A stretch of DNA of 64,000 nt from Rhodosorus marinus CCMP1338 (Eukaryota; Plantae; Rhodophyta): the NCBI GenBank assembly GCA_029953675.1, contig JAMWBK010000008.1:558001-622000 (forward strand). The letters are read 5' to 3'. The notes below the pieces were generated by a model. The model was given only the letters and a program-made list of their open reading frames with translations. It had not been told where the DNA came from and searched no databases. Positions 1 to 12,798 of this stretch are shown here, piece after piece. The position numbers and the translations under genes are program-made. Within the stretch, counting starts at the first letter, position 1; each line of letters opens with the position of its first letter.

Positions 1-3000
1 CGTGGCGTGACGATGCAACGCTGAGATTACGTATCCGCTAATGGACAGGTAGTCCAAGCAGATTTTTTTATGTTTTGAAGACGGCGGTCCGCCACCCTTG
101 GAAGAACTTTTTTCTTCCCAATGCGCGTAGTGGATCCTGCTTTATAACTCGTTGATTGGCGCAGGCGAATTGTAACATTCAGCAATAGCAGAAGATGGAG
201 GATTCCTCGAGAGGGTGTGAAACCTAACGACTTCCGTGAAAACTGAATTCAGAGCAAAGCTGTCGGTGAGCACTGAGGAGCGTTGGCCCACATGGAAACG
301 TGAATAAATCATGTGTCGCAGCGCAGTCGGAGTTGAGCAGAACGTTCCAAGCCATGAGCATATATTAGATCGGCTCCGCTTGAGTTCCGACTTTTACTTA
401 ATTGTTATCGCCATCGCGATCTGCTACCATCGTCCAGTTACGCTCTCCCGATTCCAAATTACGGGGGGGGTTCTTGGAAAGGAAACCCAGACAAAACCCA
501 GTGTCCAACCGCCTTCTGCCGTGCATATACGTACTGCCACATAGACAAAACGAGATGGGGGGGGGGGAGTAGGGGACTCATTGGTGGCTTGCGCACACCC
601 ATCCAAGGGGGTTAACTTTGCTGGCTCGTCTTTGGTGGAAGGTTGAACACACTGATGCGTCCTTAACCAACTAAAACACCCCACGGAAACAGAGCTTTGC
701 TCGTTGAGTGACATGAAATTCGAGACAAGACGGATTGGACTCAACAGAAACCGAAACCTCCCTGAGAACATTCCAATTGCTAGAATGAGGAGCTGGAACT
801 TGTCCGCAGATCAACGCTATGCTTGCATCAGAATGCGAATCGCGCTCTGACTGCTGGACACATCGATGAACGTCAAAAGACCAAAGCATGAAACAAGAAT
901 ATTTTCAAGGCGTTATCCAGTTAGTTCGAAGACGACGAATGTATGTCTCAACGAACAGCCTCTGAAACATCCCAATTTGGGGGTTCTGAAACGTGCCAGC
1001 AGATCCTCCTCATCCTTCTCAACGCCGGCTCAGGTTTCGTCACGTTTTTATTCATATCGAATCCACAACTTATTATTTTTCTTAGGGACTAAAGAAGTTT
1101 AGATTCACATTTTGTCAGTCCCATGAAGCCTATTCACAAAAAGCGAACAACCCTTCAACCGCAATACACGTCACACACACAATAAACCAACGAAAAGCGA
1201 ACAGTACCGTCTCCAATTCATCACCAACGGAGCTGTGAGGAGAGGCGCGCCGTTGAGGCGCATTAAGGCTTTCTGAGTTTGTTTTTTTTGCCCAAGCGAA
1301 GCCGAGGTGTTTCAGGTGTAGGTATCCCGCCTATTGTAAGCCCGAAAATTTTGCCCCTCTAGCTTAAATGACCCTTCTACTCGATCAACCTTCAAACCGG
1401 TCACCATCACCGGCCACGTGCTCATCCAGGAGGTCAAAAGTTTCTTTTTCCAGTGTTTCGTAACGGCTGCTCCACGTCGCCAATAGATCTGCCCGACCGT
1501 GCTCACCGTGGGAATCAATAAACCATTTCAAAGCGAACCCACTTCTCAACTACTAACAGGCCACGACTGTTTTCGTTGCGTCCAAATAAAATTTATCCAA
1601 TTACAACATAGAAAGCTCTATGCTTCAAATTTTCTTCGTTATTTCACTATCTTCTGCCAAAGATCGCCCAAAGATGACGGTTCAGATTTACCTCATATCC
1701 AATATAGTTCGTCCCAATATGCTATAAGCATCAAAAACACACTTGGCAAGCCAATTAATGAGCTTTATCCACAATCTTCAAGGAAAATTGTCTTGGAGAA
1801 GGAAAAAATGTTAGGAACCGTAGTAGGGCCCCTAGGCCCCCTCGGCTTGAAGGTAAATCATGACCTCCGTCTGACTAAGTCGTCCACTAGAGATATAGAA
1901 AACCCCAATCTATTGAACAAATAGTTTTACTTTTTTTGAAAGAATTTAAACTTCGTCACTCTCCGATTTACGAATTTTGAGCCAAGGAAAAGCAAGGTCC
2001 ACCTACATCTGAGCCTTGCTTTATCAGCCTCAAACGACTTTTCAATGTATTTTAAAGAAATTAACTCGAACACTTTCAAAAAGTCCTCTCTCATTTTGTC
2101 AGTGAGGACAAAAGTAGAGAATTCTTGAATTGCAAAACGTAAAAATTGGACTTACTCTGTTTCGTGGAAAACGTATAAAAATACCAGAATACATTTTATC
2201 AACATCTTGTAACGACTGTATATTAAGTAGGCTGAAAAGGGGAGGAAGGGGTGCATTTTGCCGCCAAAAAACGGTATGTGCTATTGAAAAAGGAAACAAA
2301 ATGAAGAATCACCAGAAACCTGGACTGCCAACGATATCTAAAGCACACAAGAAAAAATTCAAGTAGAGCTTCAAAAATTATATATATATATAAGTTTTAA
2401 AGCACATAAAAAGGTTCAAATTTTCAACGTTCCTTTGTGCTTTCGCAAATTTCTATTCATTGAATTTTGTTCTGCAATATTGGCGGAAATTTCTATCGAC
2501 CCTAAGTGTGAATAACCATTTCACACAAAAAAAATTTGTTTTTTGTCCAGTTTTTCATTTGTAAGGTGAACCAAAAACTAAGGAGTACGTACGTAATATA
2601 GAATTTTGAAACGTGCACTGATTGTATTTTCGAAAAAGGCTCTACTTTTAGACATTGTACGTTTTCGTATTTCTGGACATAGCCTTATTTTAGAACAAAG
2701 TTAGTGCCTTCGCGACAATATTTGCCAAAGAGTCTCTATTTTCCGGTTTTGGCTATTTCTATTAAAAATGGGTTTGTTGCCAAGGAAATAGTATTTGCTT
2801 CTTTGAGATCGTTGAGATCGAAAAGGAACAATTCCTGATCAACTCTTGTTGAATTCTTTTCTATGAAGGTTCTATATATATAAAACTCTTCCAGTTCTAT
2901 ATCATAGATAGAACTTTTTATTCCTTTAGAACGTTGCCGGGAGGTTTGCGAGCAGCGGGCGAGAAGGATCCCGACACACAGTCAGTCGCTCGGGCGATTC

Positions 3001-4855
3001 AGTCGGTGGTAAACGATGACGGTGAGAGACTGCGAGAGGTAAATACCAAGCACTGGGCGCGGTTTGGAAGGGGCAACGGGTCTGAATTCACATCATCCTT
3101 GAAGCTTTTGCCGTCCTGCGATTAATGGTTCCATGTACGTTCGTACAATGCTAGTCAGTCAGCTGGAGGTCCGCTTGCGAGCAGCCCTCCTCACGCAGTA
3201 CAGGTGCTGATTTTACTCAGCTCGCGGGAGGGGGGTACCGTTAGGATGGTGGGACAAAAGAATTTCGTCGTTGAATCGCTAGCATCCGCGGCATTCTGGC
3301 CACGTCTTAGTAAGTTGGAGACTCAACGTCAACAGATAAGGAGAATGCGGCAAAGCGTACATCGGGGCTTTCCTTTCATCCCTACAAGAGAACTATAAAT
3401 CGATGCCACTCATTGAGTGAGGATACCCGGTTCCAGTCCGAAATTCTCATGCTTAGCATCTAAAAACTGAGAACGTTCACAAAGCGATGCGATGACCTCA
3501 GGCTCGTTGCCGTCTGCCGTCCAGCCCCATGCCGTTCGCTGTTTGCGCAGCAGTCCAGCAGTCATGCGATCCACACGTTTGCCCTTCAAACCCCAACAAA
3601 ATCTGAGTATGACATTCAAGAAGGGGAAGCTCCAAACCCCCTTTTTCCCTCCAAACCCATGCCGGTGGCTCTCAACCACTGTTGTTCCCAGATATCTTGG
3701 TCTCCAATACGACAATGACATACCACGTACTAACGTAACTCGCTTAAATGCCAAGAGGATCCGAGTCCGAGTTCCACCGGTTGTTTTGGCGACTGTCACC
3801 CCTCCAGAACCTCCTTTTTTTCCTGAACAACTGACACAATCTATATGGGGATCCTCAGGGTGATGAGCTCTTGCCCGCTCGCAACGCTATTCTAGCATCT
3901 TGAGCCCACATGTCGCAGATCCGCACCAGTGATGAAGTGAATTTGAACAATTTTCCAACCATCTGGACGGACAATCTGTAGCAATAAATATATTCGAAAC
4001 AAGGCTCCGATGAATGGAGCGGCCGCCGACACACAGACTGAATCTTTTATTGCAAGAAACGATTTCCTCACGACCTTTTAATTCTTGTACATCGTCCATG
4101 TGCCGCTCCCTCTGATTCTCCTTCGAGGTAGGTCCCCGCTGCCGTTTAGCCTCCCCGAGCGGGTTTTAGTTCTCCAGCATTGTTGAGGTTTTAGAGGGGG
4201 GATTATGCAGGCTATTTTCAGGCCCTTGAAAGAGCGGTTGAACCAACGCTGAAGGTCTCAGGCGGGTTTCGAAGTTTTTTTTTGGTTTAGCGCAGATATC
4301 AGGACTTCCGTGATCGGAGACGTCAAAAATCCCTTAAGGAGTGAATGAACTGCTCCTTCAGCCACTTGATATGGAATAGGAGGTTGATCCCAGACAAATT
4401 TCATCGTCCTTTGGGAATCACGTTCGTAATGTCCGCTGTTTCTAGTTCCATCCGCAGCAATCGCCCACAACCTATTTGTGGTTGAGTCTCCGAATCGGGA
4501 ACCTGGTTGAATCTCGAGTGCATAGTTCATCATCCTAATGCGTTTTTTCAGAGCCTGTCTATTCTGCGGAGCGTAAAAGGAGGCGCTGGTGGATCATTCG
4601 TCGCGTGTAATTCGAGCTTTCCTATCTTAGTTTGGATCTGAAGCTGCCCTCCCGACTGTGGGTGTTGTAGCCAGGACAAATTTCAGTTCGAGCAAATTAG
4701 ATGCCTTCACCGGCCAGCGGTGTACTGCCCGGGGTTTCCTCTCTAATGCATTCGGAAAAACTATCTAGTGGACTATCCCCAATCGTGAATCCATTTCGAC
4801 TGTCTATACCCATCCTCAATGTCAGGCTTGCTCAGGCTCCAAAGATAAATTGACC

Positions 4856-4954
4856 ACCATATCTCCAGAGACACAGTTGCAATACGCAATTTTGGCTGGT
4901 CAACGACCATATCTCCAGAGACACAGTTCCAATACGCAATTTTGGCTGGTCAAC
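4856..4954. repeat. 50-bp tandem duplication (2 copies, 1 mismatch)
   Basis: ACCATATCTCCAGAGACACAGTT(G/C)CAATACGCAATTTTGGCTGGTCAAC starts at 4856 and again at 4906. Confidence 0.95.
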
Positions 4955-7332
4955 CCGCCTGACAGGATTGTCCATCTGTTCGTGCGACGACTCTGGTGGG
5001 TAGCATGCTAGTCTCTCCCTCCCGATGCGGCCATATCCCTGTTGCTTTCGGATTTCTCTATCAGGGACTAACAAAACCCATCCCAACCCCACTGATTAAT
5101 GGGCAGCCGTGTCAGCTCAAGCCGTCTAATAACAGCGGTTGTTGGTGATTTCGCGTTGTGCTTCCATACTGGATCTTCCAACAACCAGCGAGGTCTATTG
5201 GTGTGTACGAAAGCCCTCAACCTGCATGGCTAGACTGTTCCTGCTGCGAAAGAAGAACACCTTCGTCCCGACATCAGCACCCCCCGACACTAACCCCGAA
5301 CTCGAAAGGGCGGGCGAGAAACAGAATAGAACTGGGCTCCGTGCAACCAAGCCCAGGATCTCTCTAAAAAAAGCGACTGCGTTCTCCTCGGGAAACCCTT
5401 TTGGGGGCCTCGCAAGACCCCCCTGCGTGCCTCCTGGGGAGAATCCCTTTTACTTTTTCATTAAATTTTGTTTCAGCTCAAATCGCTGTCAGACCACATC
5501 CCAAAATTAGTCGCTTGGCGATTGATATTTTTAGCAGCTTTGCCCTCTCGAAGATTAATATTTTCATTTATTTTTAGTTCCCGAGGCGAGCGATTAAAGT
5601 CGAAGGGATTACTTTATACTAAAATACATGTCAACCGTATTTCATATTATTAATAATTATCACTCGTTTTGCGTCTGTTCATTTTTGGAGGATAGCAGGA
5701 CACCCTGCTTAACCATATCCTGATATGGTTAGTTTAAGAAAAGAGCTTGGTTTCTGAGCAATGGATAGTTTGACATTATGGCCATTGACAAGAAGTTTTC
5801 TCCGCCCCTCTCCCCCCCCGCCTCCCCCGGCTTCTCAAGGCAAATGGACATTTCTAAAATCGACTGAGGGAGAACAGCTCTAATTCAAAATAGAAAGAAA
5901 ATGGGAGGGACGTACTGAAATTAGTCGAAAACGAATTCATTGCGGTGACCAACCAACAGGCGCCTTCCTACACTCACCTGCATGGTGTGTCTCTTTCTGT
6001 CATCAGCCCGAGCTTGTTCCCAGGTTTGTCCGCGTCTTTTTCCAAAACCTGGAGGTTTTATGAATGTGCTGTTTTCTTTCTTCTAGGAGAAAATCGGTTA
6101 GTTGTTTGGAACCTCTGTTACTATAGAACCCTTCCCAAGTGGTGCGAAGAGGAGGATTCTGTGGAACCCACAAGCAACCACCTTCGTTTCAGGAAAATTG
6201 ACTCAATTTCTTTTGGTCCTTTTACTATTTGGCTTTCATAGACTATGAGAAAAGGAGGGTTTCGTTCCGCGCTCATGAAAACCTTGTCGTCTTATAAATC
6301 TTGCTCCAATTTTGTCGTCCATTTCCGACCATGCAGGTTCTGCGCTTTCAGCGCAAGAAATCCCGAAAAACAAAGAGTTGAAGTTTTAAAAAGGAAGGAT
6401 AAACTTGATTTGAATAACCAGTGGTTGAACATTTTGATAGTATATATATGTTAAAATATACTACATTTTAATCCACTTATATAGACAAGATAATTTTATC
6501 CCCCCCCACGCAAATAGAGAATGGTCTCATCTAGTTTAACCGAAGGCCCAATAGCTCACTAAAAAAAAGAAGAAAACTCTTCGCGAACTTGTTTTCACAC
6601 GCCGTACCGTTTTTCAATATTTTTTTCGTGCTTTCCTGCGGGCGAGAAAATTGTGATAAACTTTTGGAAGACTTGTATAGATTTTAAAACAATTCATAAG
6701 CCACTCTCTAAAATAAACATAAACAATATCAACCTCAAAATTTCTATTTAAAATATTTTTAAAATAAATAACAGCCGAAAATTCGTTCAAACGTGGCGGA
6801 AGCATTTCTTTCACATGTTTCGGACAAAAGAGAATTTTCTACCTTTATTGCATTATTATTAGTATTTTTGATTGTTATAAGAAAAAATACATTTTATGGC
6901 CAAAAAGAAACGGAAAAATTATGGGTGTCGTTTTCATAACTTTTTGGGGGGTGTGGGGGGGGCTGTTTGGAGTGGTTTTCCGGCAGTCAGCCCTTTCTCC
7001 CCCTTTTTTTTTCTTTTTTTCCTTTTTTTCTTTTTTTCCTTTTTTTGTTCATTAGAATAATTTTACGAATTATTGTTTTTTAATAATTTTGCGCTAGGTG
7101 TTGATTGTGTTAGGGACTCTGGATTTTATGTTTTTTTGGAACTGGACGTGGGGGGAGTTTTGGTTGTGGGTGGGCCCAGTATATAAGCATGGGATACGAG
7201 CAGAGCGTTCAGCGGGAAAGCGTTATCGGGAACAGGGAGCCGGTATGAGTTTGGAGACAGACGAGTAAGAGAATTTAGCTGTATAGCTGTTTCGATTTGG
7301 AAGAAATAGTTTACGAAGTTTTTTTTTTTGGC

Positions 7333-7358
7333 GAGAGAGAGAGAGAGAGAGAGAGAGA
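7333..7358. repeat. (GA)13 microsatellite upstream of the zinc-finger gene
   Basis: Read directly; ends about 70 nt before ATG 7427. Confidence 0.95.
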
Positions 7359-7426
7359 AGGGTGTGTTGAAAGGACTCTTGATGCGTTTGTAATCGGTGT
7401 TGGCGGTTTTTTTTCTGTGAAAGGAC

Positions 7427-7825
7427 ATGGATCTGAAGTTGCTGTTGTGTGAGGATGAGAATTCGATGCATGAGGAGAGAACTAGTCTCTGTACGCTGGA
7501 TGAGAGTGCGGTTGAGGACACGATGGAGTCGTCGTTGACGGAGAGGAAGTCGGCGGAGTTTTTCTGTACAAAATGCTTGAGCAAGTTCACCAGGAGGAAG
7601 AATCTGAAGGAGCATATTAGAGTGGTGCATGACCAGGACCGTCCCTACGGTTGTACAGTTTGCGGGAGGTTGTTTGGTACGAGAAATAACATGCAGAGAC
7701 ACACGAAGATGGTGCACCTTGGGGAGAAAAAGTTCAACTGCGGAACCTGTGGGACAGGCTTTGCGACAAAGAACTGCGTGATCCGACACCAGAGGAAGGT
7801 CCACAAGGTGGAAAGTCTTGGGTGA
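7427..7825 (+). CDS. C2H2 zinc-finger protein (3 fingers, 132 aa, intronless)
   Basis: Three CxxC-x12-HxxxxH fingers (CTKC..HIRVVH, CTVC..HTKMVH, CGTC..HQRKVH) with a TGEKP-like linker (LGEKKF) and an acidic N-terminus. Confidence 0.92.
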   Translation: MDLKLLLCEDENSMHEERTSLCTLDESAVEDTMESSLTERKSAEFFCTKCLSKFTRRKNLKEHIRVVHDQDRPYGCTVCGRLFGTRNNMQRHTKMVHLGEKKFNCGTCGTGFATKNCVIRHQRKVHKVESLG

Positions 7826-9018
7826 ACTGCGCGCCTTGGCAGCAGCTCGCATGAAAACCTCAATGCACAGTTATGCCTTTAGGTCCACACCTGTGATTAC
7901 TATCTTAAAACCTTACTTGTACACTAGTCGACTGATTTAACTGCTAATGCTAATTAATACTAAATGAACAAGATATAAGAAAATGAGAGGGAGGAATGAC
8001 TCTAGCCCCGCAGAACACGCCAAGATGGACCTCAAAAACCCGTACCGTCCCGGTCGAGAATTTTGGCATACTCAACTCTTTGTACTCGCCGGATCGTGTT
8101 AGTTTGGCTGTCCCCATATCCATTCTCACCGCCCAAACATACTCGCCCCAGAGCGCTCTCAAACACACCCCTCCGCACCATCAATCTAACAATTTGTCAG
8201 TGACAGTCTGTCCTTCGAGTCCGTTGACAGAGTCAATCGAAATTCCAATCTATACGAGAATTGAGCGAGTGAGAAGTCAGTGCCAAGCTTTTACCATAAT
8301 TTCCACCAGAATCTGATCGAAATTCTGGTAGTTCTCAACGCAACTAAATTTCATCAATATTCCTCAAAAACTGTGCTCCCCATATGAATACTCAAACTAA
8401 ATCGATTAGTCAATCTATATTTGATCGAAAAAAGCTCTAAATCATGATATACTACTCAAAATAGACGTGTGTATCTAATTCAAGAACAACACTCCATATT
8501 TCTAGTTTAATTCGGGAATTCATTGTCTACATTATATTCTCTGCTTTCTTTTATTTACACCGAATCATGCATAATATCCAACCAATCTTGTATGGTGGAA
8601 AACATTACTCAACCGAATGCCTAGTATAGATGTCATACTTCTATTTTGAAATGTATTATTAAAATAATTTAGTTCTATACTATAATTTGGTATTGACCTT
8701 ACTGAAAATATGAATTATTGACGAGGGTGCTGTTGATGGTGTTTTTTTTTCTGTTTCTGACGGAGGAGAATTGGATTGATGAAGTTGGGGATGGTAGGGA
8801 TGGGTAAGCGGATTGTGCGCTGGGGGAGGATGCGGGTAGAGGGTAAGAGTGGATTTTGAGATGGATCTAAGAACGGCTTGATTAATTTGGGATCGATGTT
8901 GAGGATTTAGGATCTGAATAGAGCAAACGTTTCAATTGTTTTGGTTGTTTGTTGGAGATTGAAAGTTAGGATTTTGAGTTGCTTCGGGGGTGGGGGAGGA
9001 GGGGAAACGGGAGGAAAG

Positions 9019-10008
9019 ATGGCGAGAAGGTATGATTCGAGAACGACAATTTTCTCACCTGAAGGTAGGCTGTATCAGGTTGAGTATGCGATGGAGGCGA
9101 TCGGGAATGCGGGAGCGGCTGTAGGTGTGAAGTCCAATGAGGGGATCGTGCTGGCGGCGGAGAAGAAGATCACTTCGAAGCTATTGGAGGTAACCAAGTC
9201 TTCGGAAAAGATGTATGTGATAGATGAGCACATTGCTTGCGCTGTAGCGGTGAGTATCAACAGGATATCAGATTGTTTCCTTTCTCAAAGCCTACGCGAC
9301 GTTTGAGTGCGTGCGATGCAACCTCCACAGCAAACTAATCTTAATTCGTCCTTTTCAATCGTTTTTATCCGCGTGTCATTTGTGTCTATGAGCAGGGAAT
9401 AACCGCGGACGCAAATATTCTCATCAACAAAGCTAGGTTGTCAGCTCAACAGTACATGTACAGCTATCAGGAGCCGATACCGATCGAATACCTGCTTCAG
9501 CTCATTTGTGATACTAAGCAAGGATACACTCAGTTTGGTGGACTGCGTCCTTTCGGTGTTTCGTTCTTGTTCGCTGGGTGGGATCGACACTACGGTATTG
9601 TCGTTCGATGCATGAGTTGATCCAACATGACAACGTCCATCTCACTCACTACGACAATTGTTGATGTTGTGAATTTTTTCAGGATTCCAGCTTTACCAAA
9701 GTGATCCTAGTGGAAACTTTGGCGGGTGGAAGGCTACCGCGATCGGGGCAAACTCCACAGCTGCACAGTCGATTCTGAAATCGGATTATAAGGAAGATAT
9801 TTCCCTTAAGGAGGCGCTCTCTCTAGTGATCAAGGTGCTCTCGAGAACGATGGACTCAACCACATTGTCTCCCGACAAACTCGAGCTCTCCACTCTTTCT
9901 CTCAGCGACGATGGCTCGGAAATCGTTCACCATCAACTCCGAGAAGACGAACTCGAAACCTTGCTGAAGGAAGCCAACCTATTAGCACCACCAAAACCAG
10001 AGAGCTAG
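9019..10008 (+). CDS. PSMA4: 20S proteasome alpha subunit (alpha-3 / PSMA4 type); exons 9019-9249, 9396-9594, 9683-10008
   Basis: [28 protein letters not shown] signature. Splicing restores [28 protein letters not shown] and [18 protein letters not shown]; introns are GT-AG. Confidence 0.97.
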
Positions 10009-10804
10009 TCTCTGTACAGCAATTTCACTACATAGAAGCTATTCTTCGCACGAAAAAAAGGAAGTCGAAAAAATGAAATGCAGTGAAGCAAGCGAACCCA
10101 GCCTAACCCCATAGTCAACAGCGGTGTCCCCAAAACACTGCTGGTCTGGGTGCTCACTCTCTCCCAACGGCTGCCAGCCTTTGACGCTTACTTGCCAACT
10201 GCTTGGCCTATGAATACACTCTTTCGGAGACAGGCGTTAAGTTCACTCTCCAGGATACACAATGTAAAGCAGCAAGCGAGCACGGGCGTGTTGGCCAATA
10301 TAGCAGTTGGGTAGGGCCACGAAGGTCCCCGTATTCAAGTGGCTGCAGAAAATAGTGAAGCGGATCGCGCGAAAGGTCATATTATCTTTTTTACTTCTCT
10401 TCTGTACAACTAAGAACATCCATTCAAGGGGGAAGGATGTTGGAGAGCATGCAACAACCATATCAAGTTACGAAAAATCCAAGTTAGCTCGGAGGACAAC
10501 TCCCTGGCTCTTTTGTAAAGATACAAAAGCAAAAAAAAAACACAAAATAGTTAGGTGGTGCACCTGACGGACGCTACGGTTGCTTGCCAGTACAGACTTG
10601 CGACTGCAGCTTGGGTCAATCTTCCCAAAATCGCATTGCTCACGGCTGATGAATCACCACCACCAAAAAAGAAACAGGGCCAATAAAAAACCTGGTCCTA
10701 GAGGCTTTCGCTGTGGGGAGCCCTTCCACATCACAGCAAACAGGTACCCCAGGCACATCGGAAAGCCGGGGAACCTCCTCACTTCCAGGAACAAATAAAA
10801 ATAC

Positions 10805-12511
10805 CTATGAATTACCGTGCCTTCGAAAGGCATATGACATCGAGTAGCGTCGTCCAGCCTCTTTGACATACGCAATAGCCTCGTCTTCAATACCGCCATA
10901 CTTGTCAGCGATGTGCCTGGTATTCCTATCATTAGCAATATGCCAGCAACTGCCGCAGACCCAAAAACTCGCAACCGCCTGGTACTTTGTTGAGTCACTA
11001 CCGACAAACTCTTGCGCGTGCGTCCAAGTTCTCGATGATCCGTACCCTAGGAACGACTGTAGCTTAAGCGTATTCCTATGGAAGAAAAGAACATTTCCGC
11101 TCGGATCGTACTGCATCAATGTCTGTCCACAAAACCAAATTCCCATGAAATAATACCCCGCCAACCCTTCAAGAAGCAGTCCATGTTTAGAATCACCCAC
11201 GACGCCGCTTCTGCAATGCAGGCCAAGATTGAAGGACAAAAACTCACCTGGTGGTTTCTGAATCATGTAGAAAGGCATTTCTGTTCTAAAAAAAGCAAAC
11301 CTGAACAGATCCTTGTCACCCCAGAGCACTTGGAGTCTCTCAATGACGGCCGAGTTCTCCACATAGGGAGCCAAAAGTTCCAGAGCCTTCCAGCTCCTGA
11401 TTCGGTCTACAAGCAGTTGTCCGGCCTCTACTTCGTACATTGTCCTCGGCTCAACATCGAAGAGCTCCCATGCCAAGCTGGTCTCATCGAACCGAAAGAG
11501 CGGGGAGAAGTCCGGATGCCAATGGTCCGGCCAAAAAATTGCTCCGTGCTCAATAAACTCCTTGGACTCAAAAATATACTCCGGGTTTGTCGCCACCAAG
11601 TTGTCCGAGTCCAAGAGCAGCACTTTATCGAAACTGCTGAATCTCACAGCATAAATTTTCGTGTAGTAGCGCCTATAGCTCTTGTTATCGATCTCACGCA
11701 GCTCAATATTTCCAACCTCGCTGAGTATCTCTCTGACGGCCTCGTTCGATGGATCGAGCTCTCCGGCTTGGTAGAAAATCTCGATAGGAAGCTGGCATCC
11801 GGCTTGACGGATCCTTCTCAAAGCAGCTGCCGCGGGAATCAATACTCCGTAATGCACTGACATGGCTATTCCGCGCTCGAAAGCACCACCTTTTGCGGCA
11901 GGTGCCTCCATTGCCTCTATCCGTTCCAACTTTTGATTCACTTTTATCTTGAAATTGGCAAAATCAACGGCCTCCTTTTCGCATTGAAAGGTGGTCTGCG
12001 TCAGCCCGTCCGGATGTCCTTTCATAACCCTGAACTGTCGGCCTGTAGCACGATCGCAAATTGTGCAGAAGCCTTCCTCGGAATTGGAAGCCTTATATAA
12101 ACAACTTTGCTCTCCCAACCTCGTTCTCCGCATCAAACACACCCCTTCATCAATCGTTTGAGTTCCCAAGGGGCTCTCAGGTTGCAAATCACTGCCGCAA
12201 CGGGACAACGCCACCGATCTCAGCAATTCACTGTCGCCCAGATGAACATCCCCGCCGGACGTGGTGTACAACACCAGTCCCAGCTGAGTCAAACCCAAAA
12301 CAAAGGCAAAAGCGGCTAGACTTCCAACCGACACAAAAAACGCAGTCTTCCGTCCGAGTCTTCTCGACAAAGAGACCGGACGGTGATGTTGCGGCTTCGT
12401 CTCATCTACATGACTTTTCCTAAAAGAATCCTTTAAATACTCAAACGCGTCCACAACATCAAATTCCACACCACCTCCTTCATTAGCCTTCAACAAATAC
12501 CCCTCTACCAT
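10805..12511 (-). CDS. Type II membrane alpha-mannosyltransferase, GT71 (Mnn2/Mnn5-like) family; probable 81-nt in-frame intron 11167-11247
   Basis: TM segment near the N-terminus; RGIAMSV, LPIEIFY, TKIYAV..SSFDKVLLLDSDN (DxD), GAIFWPDHW, EAGQLLVD, LWGDKDLFRFAF, FCGQTLMQYDP. The ORF-track start 12583 is GTG; the first ATG is 12511. Removing the GTGAG...AG segment gives KPPGLAGYYF. Confidence 0.85.
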   Translation of the reverse strand: MVEGYLLKANEGGGVEFDVVDAFEYLKDSFRKSHVDETKPQHHRPVSLSRRLGRKTAFFVSVGSLAAFAFVLGLTQLGLVLYTTSGGDVHLGDSELLRSVALSRCGSDLQPESPLGTQTIDEGVCLMRRTRLGEQSCLYKASNSEEGFCTICDRATGRQFRVMKGHPDGLTQTTFQCEKEAVDFANFKIKVNQKLERIEAMEAPAAKGGAFERGIAMSVHYGVLIPAAAALRRIRQAGCQLPIEIFYQAGELDPSNEAVREILSEVGNIELREIDNKSYRRYYTKIYAVRFSSFDKVLLLDSDNLVATNPEYIFESKEFIEHGAIFWPDHWHPDFSPLFRFDETSLAWELFDVEPRTMYEVEAGQLLVDRIRSWKALELLAPYVENSAVIERLQVLWGDKDLFRFAFFRTEMPFYMIQKPPGEFLSFNLGLHCRSGVVGDSKHGLLLEGLAGYYFMGIWFCGQTLMQYDPSGNVLFFHRNTLKLQSFLGYGSSRTWTHAQEFVGSDSTKYQAVASFWVCGSCWHIANDRNTRHIADKYGGIEDEAIAYVKEAGRRYSMSYAFRRHGNS

Positions 12512-12752
12512 GTTTCCTGTTGCCAACCGCGCCCAGTCAAGGCAAAATACTACAATGTCAAACCCAGTCGCACTCTTCCGCACAACCCCAACTCAAGCAT
12601 CTCCCAGTACCACGCTCCCAGTAGAATCCAATCTGCCAAAACACACCGTCACTTCAAACCCAAACTTCCATCCATAGTTACATCCATTCTCTCCTTCCTT
12701 CCACGGCTAATCTTTCCATATACTCCTACACACACCCTCCCCCTGCACTCCT

Positions 12753-12757
12753 CCCGA

Positions 12758-12798
<41 letters not shown>
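12753..12798. repeat. (CCCCGA)~7 hexamer array (TCGGGG on the GT71 sense strand)
   Basis: Seven GA-separated C tracts read directly, about 240 nt upstream of the GT71 ATG. Confidence 0.95.

Noticed and set aside
7223-7852. 209-aa minus-strand ORF
   Set aside because: Antisense shadow of the C2H2 zinc-finger gene; runs through the (GA)n and poly-T tracts.
11078-11860. 260-aa plus-strand ORF
   Set aside because: Antisense shadow of the GT71 CDS; no motifs.
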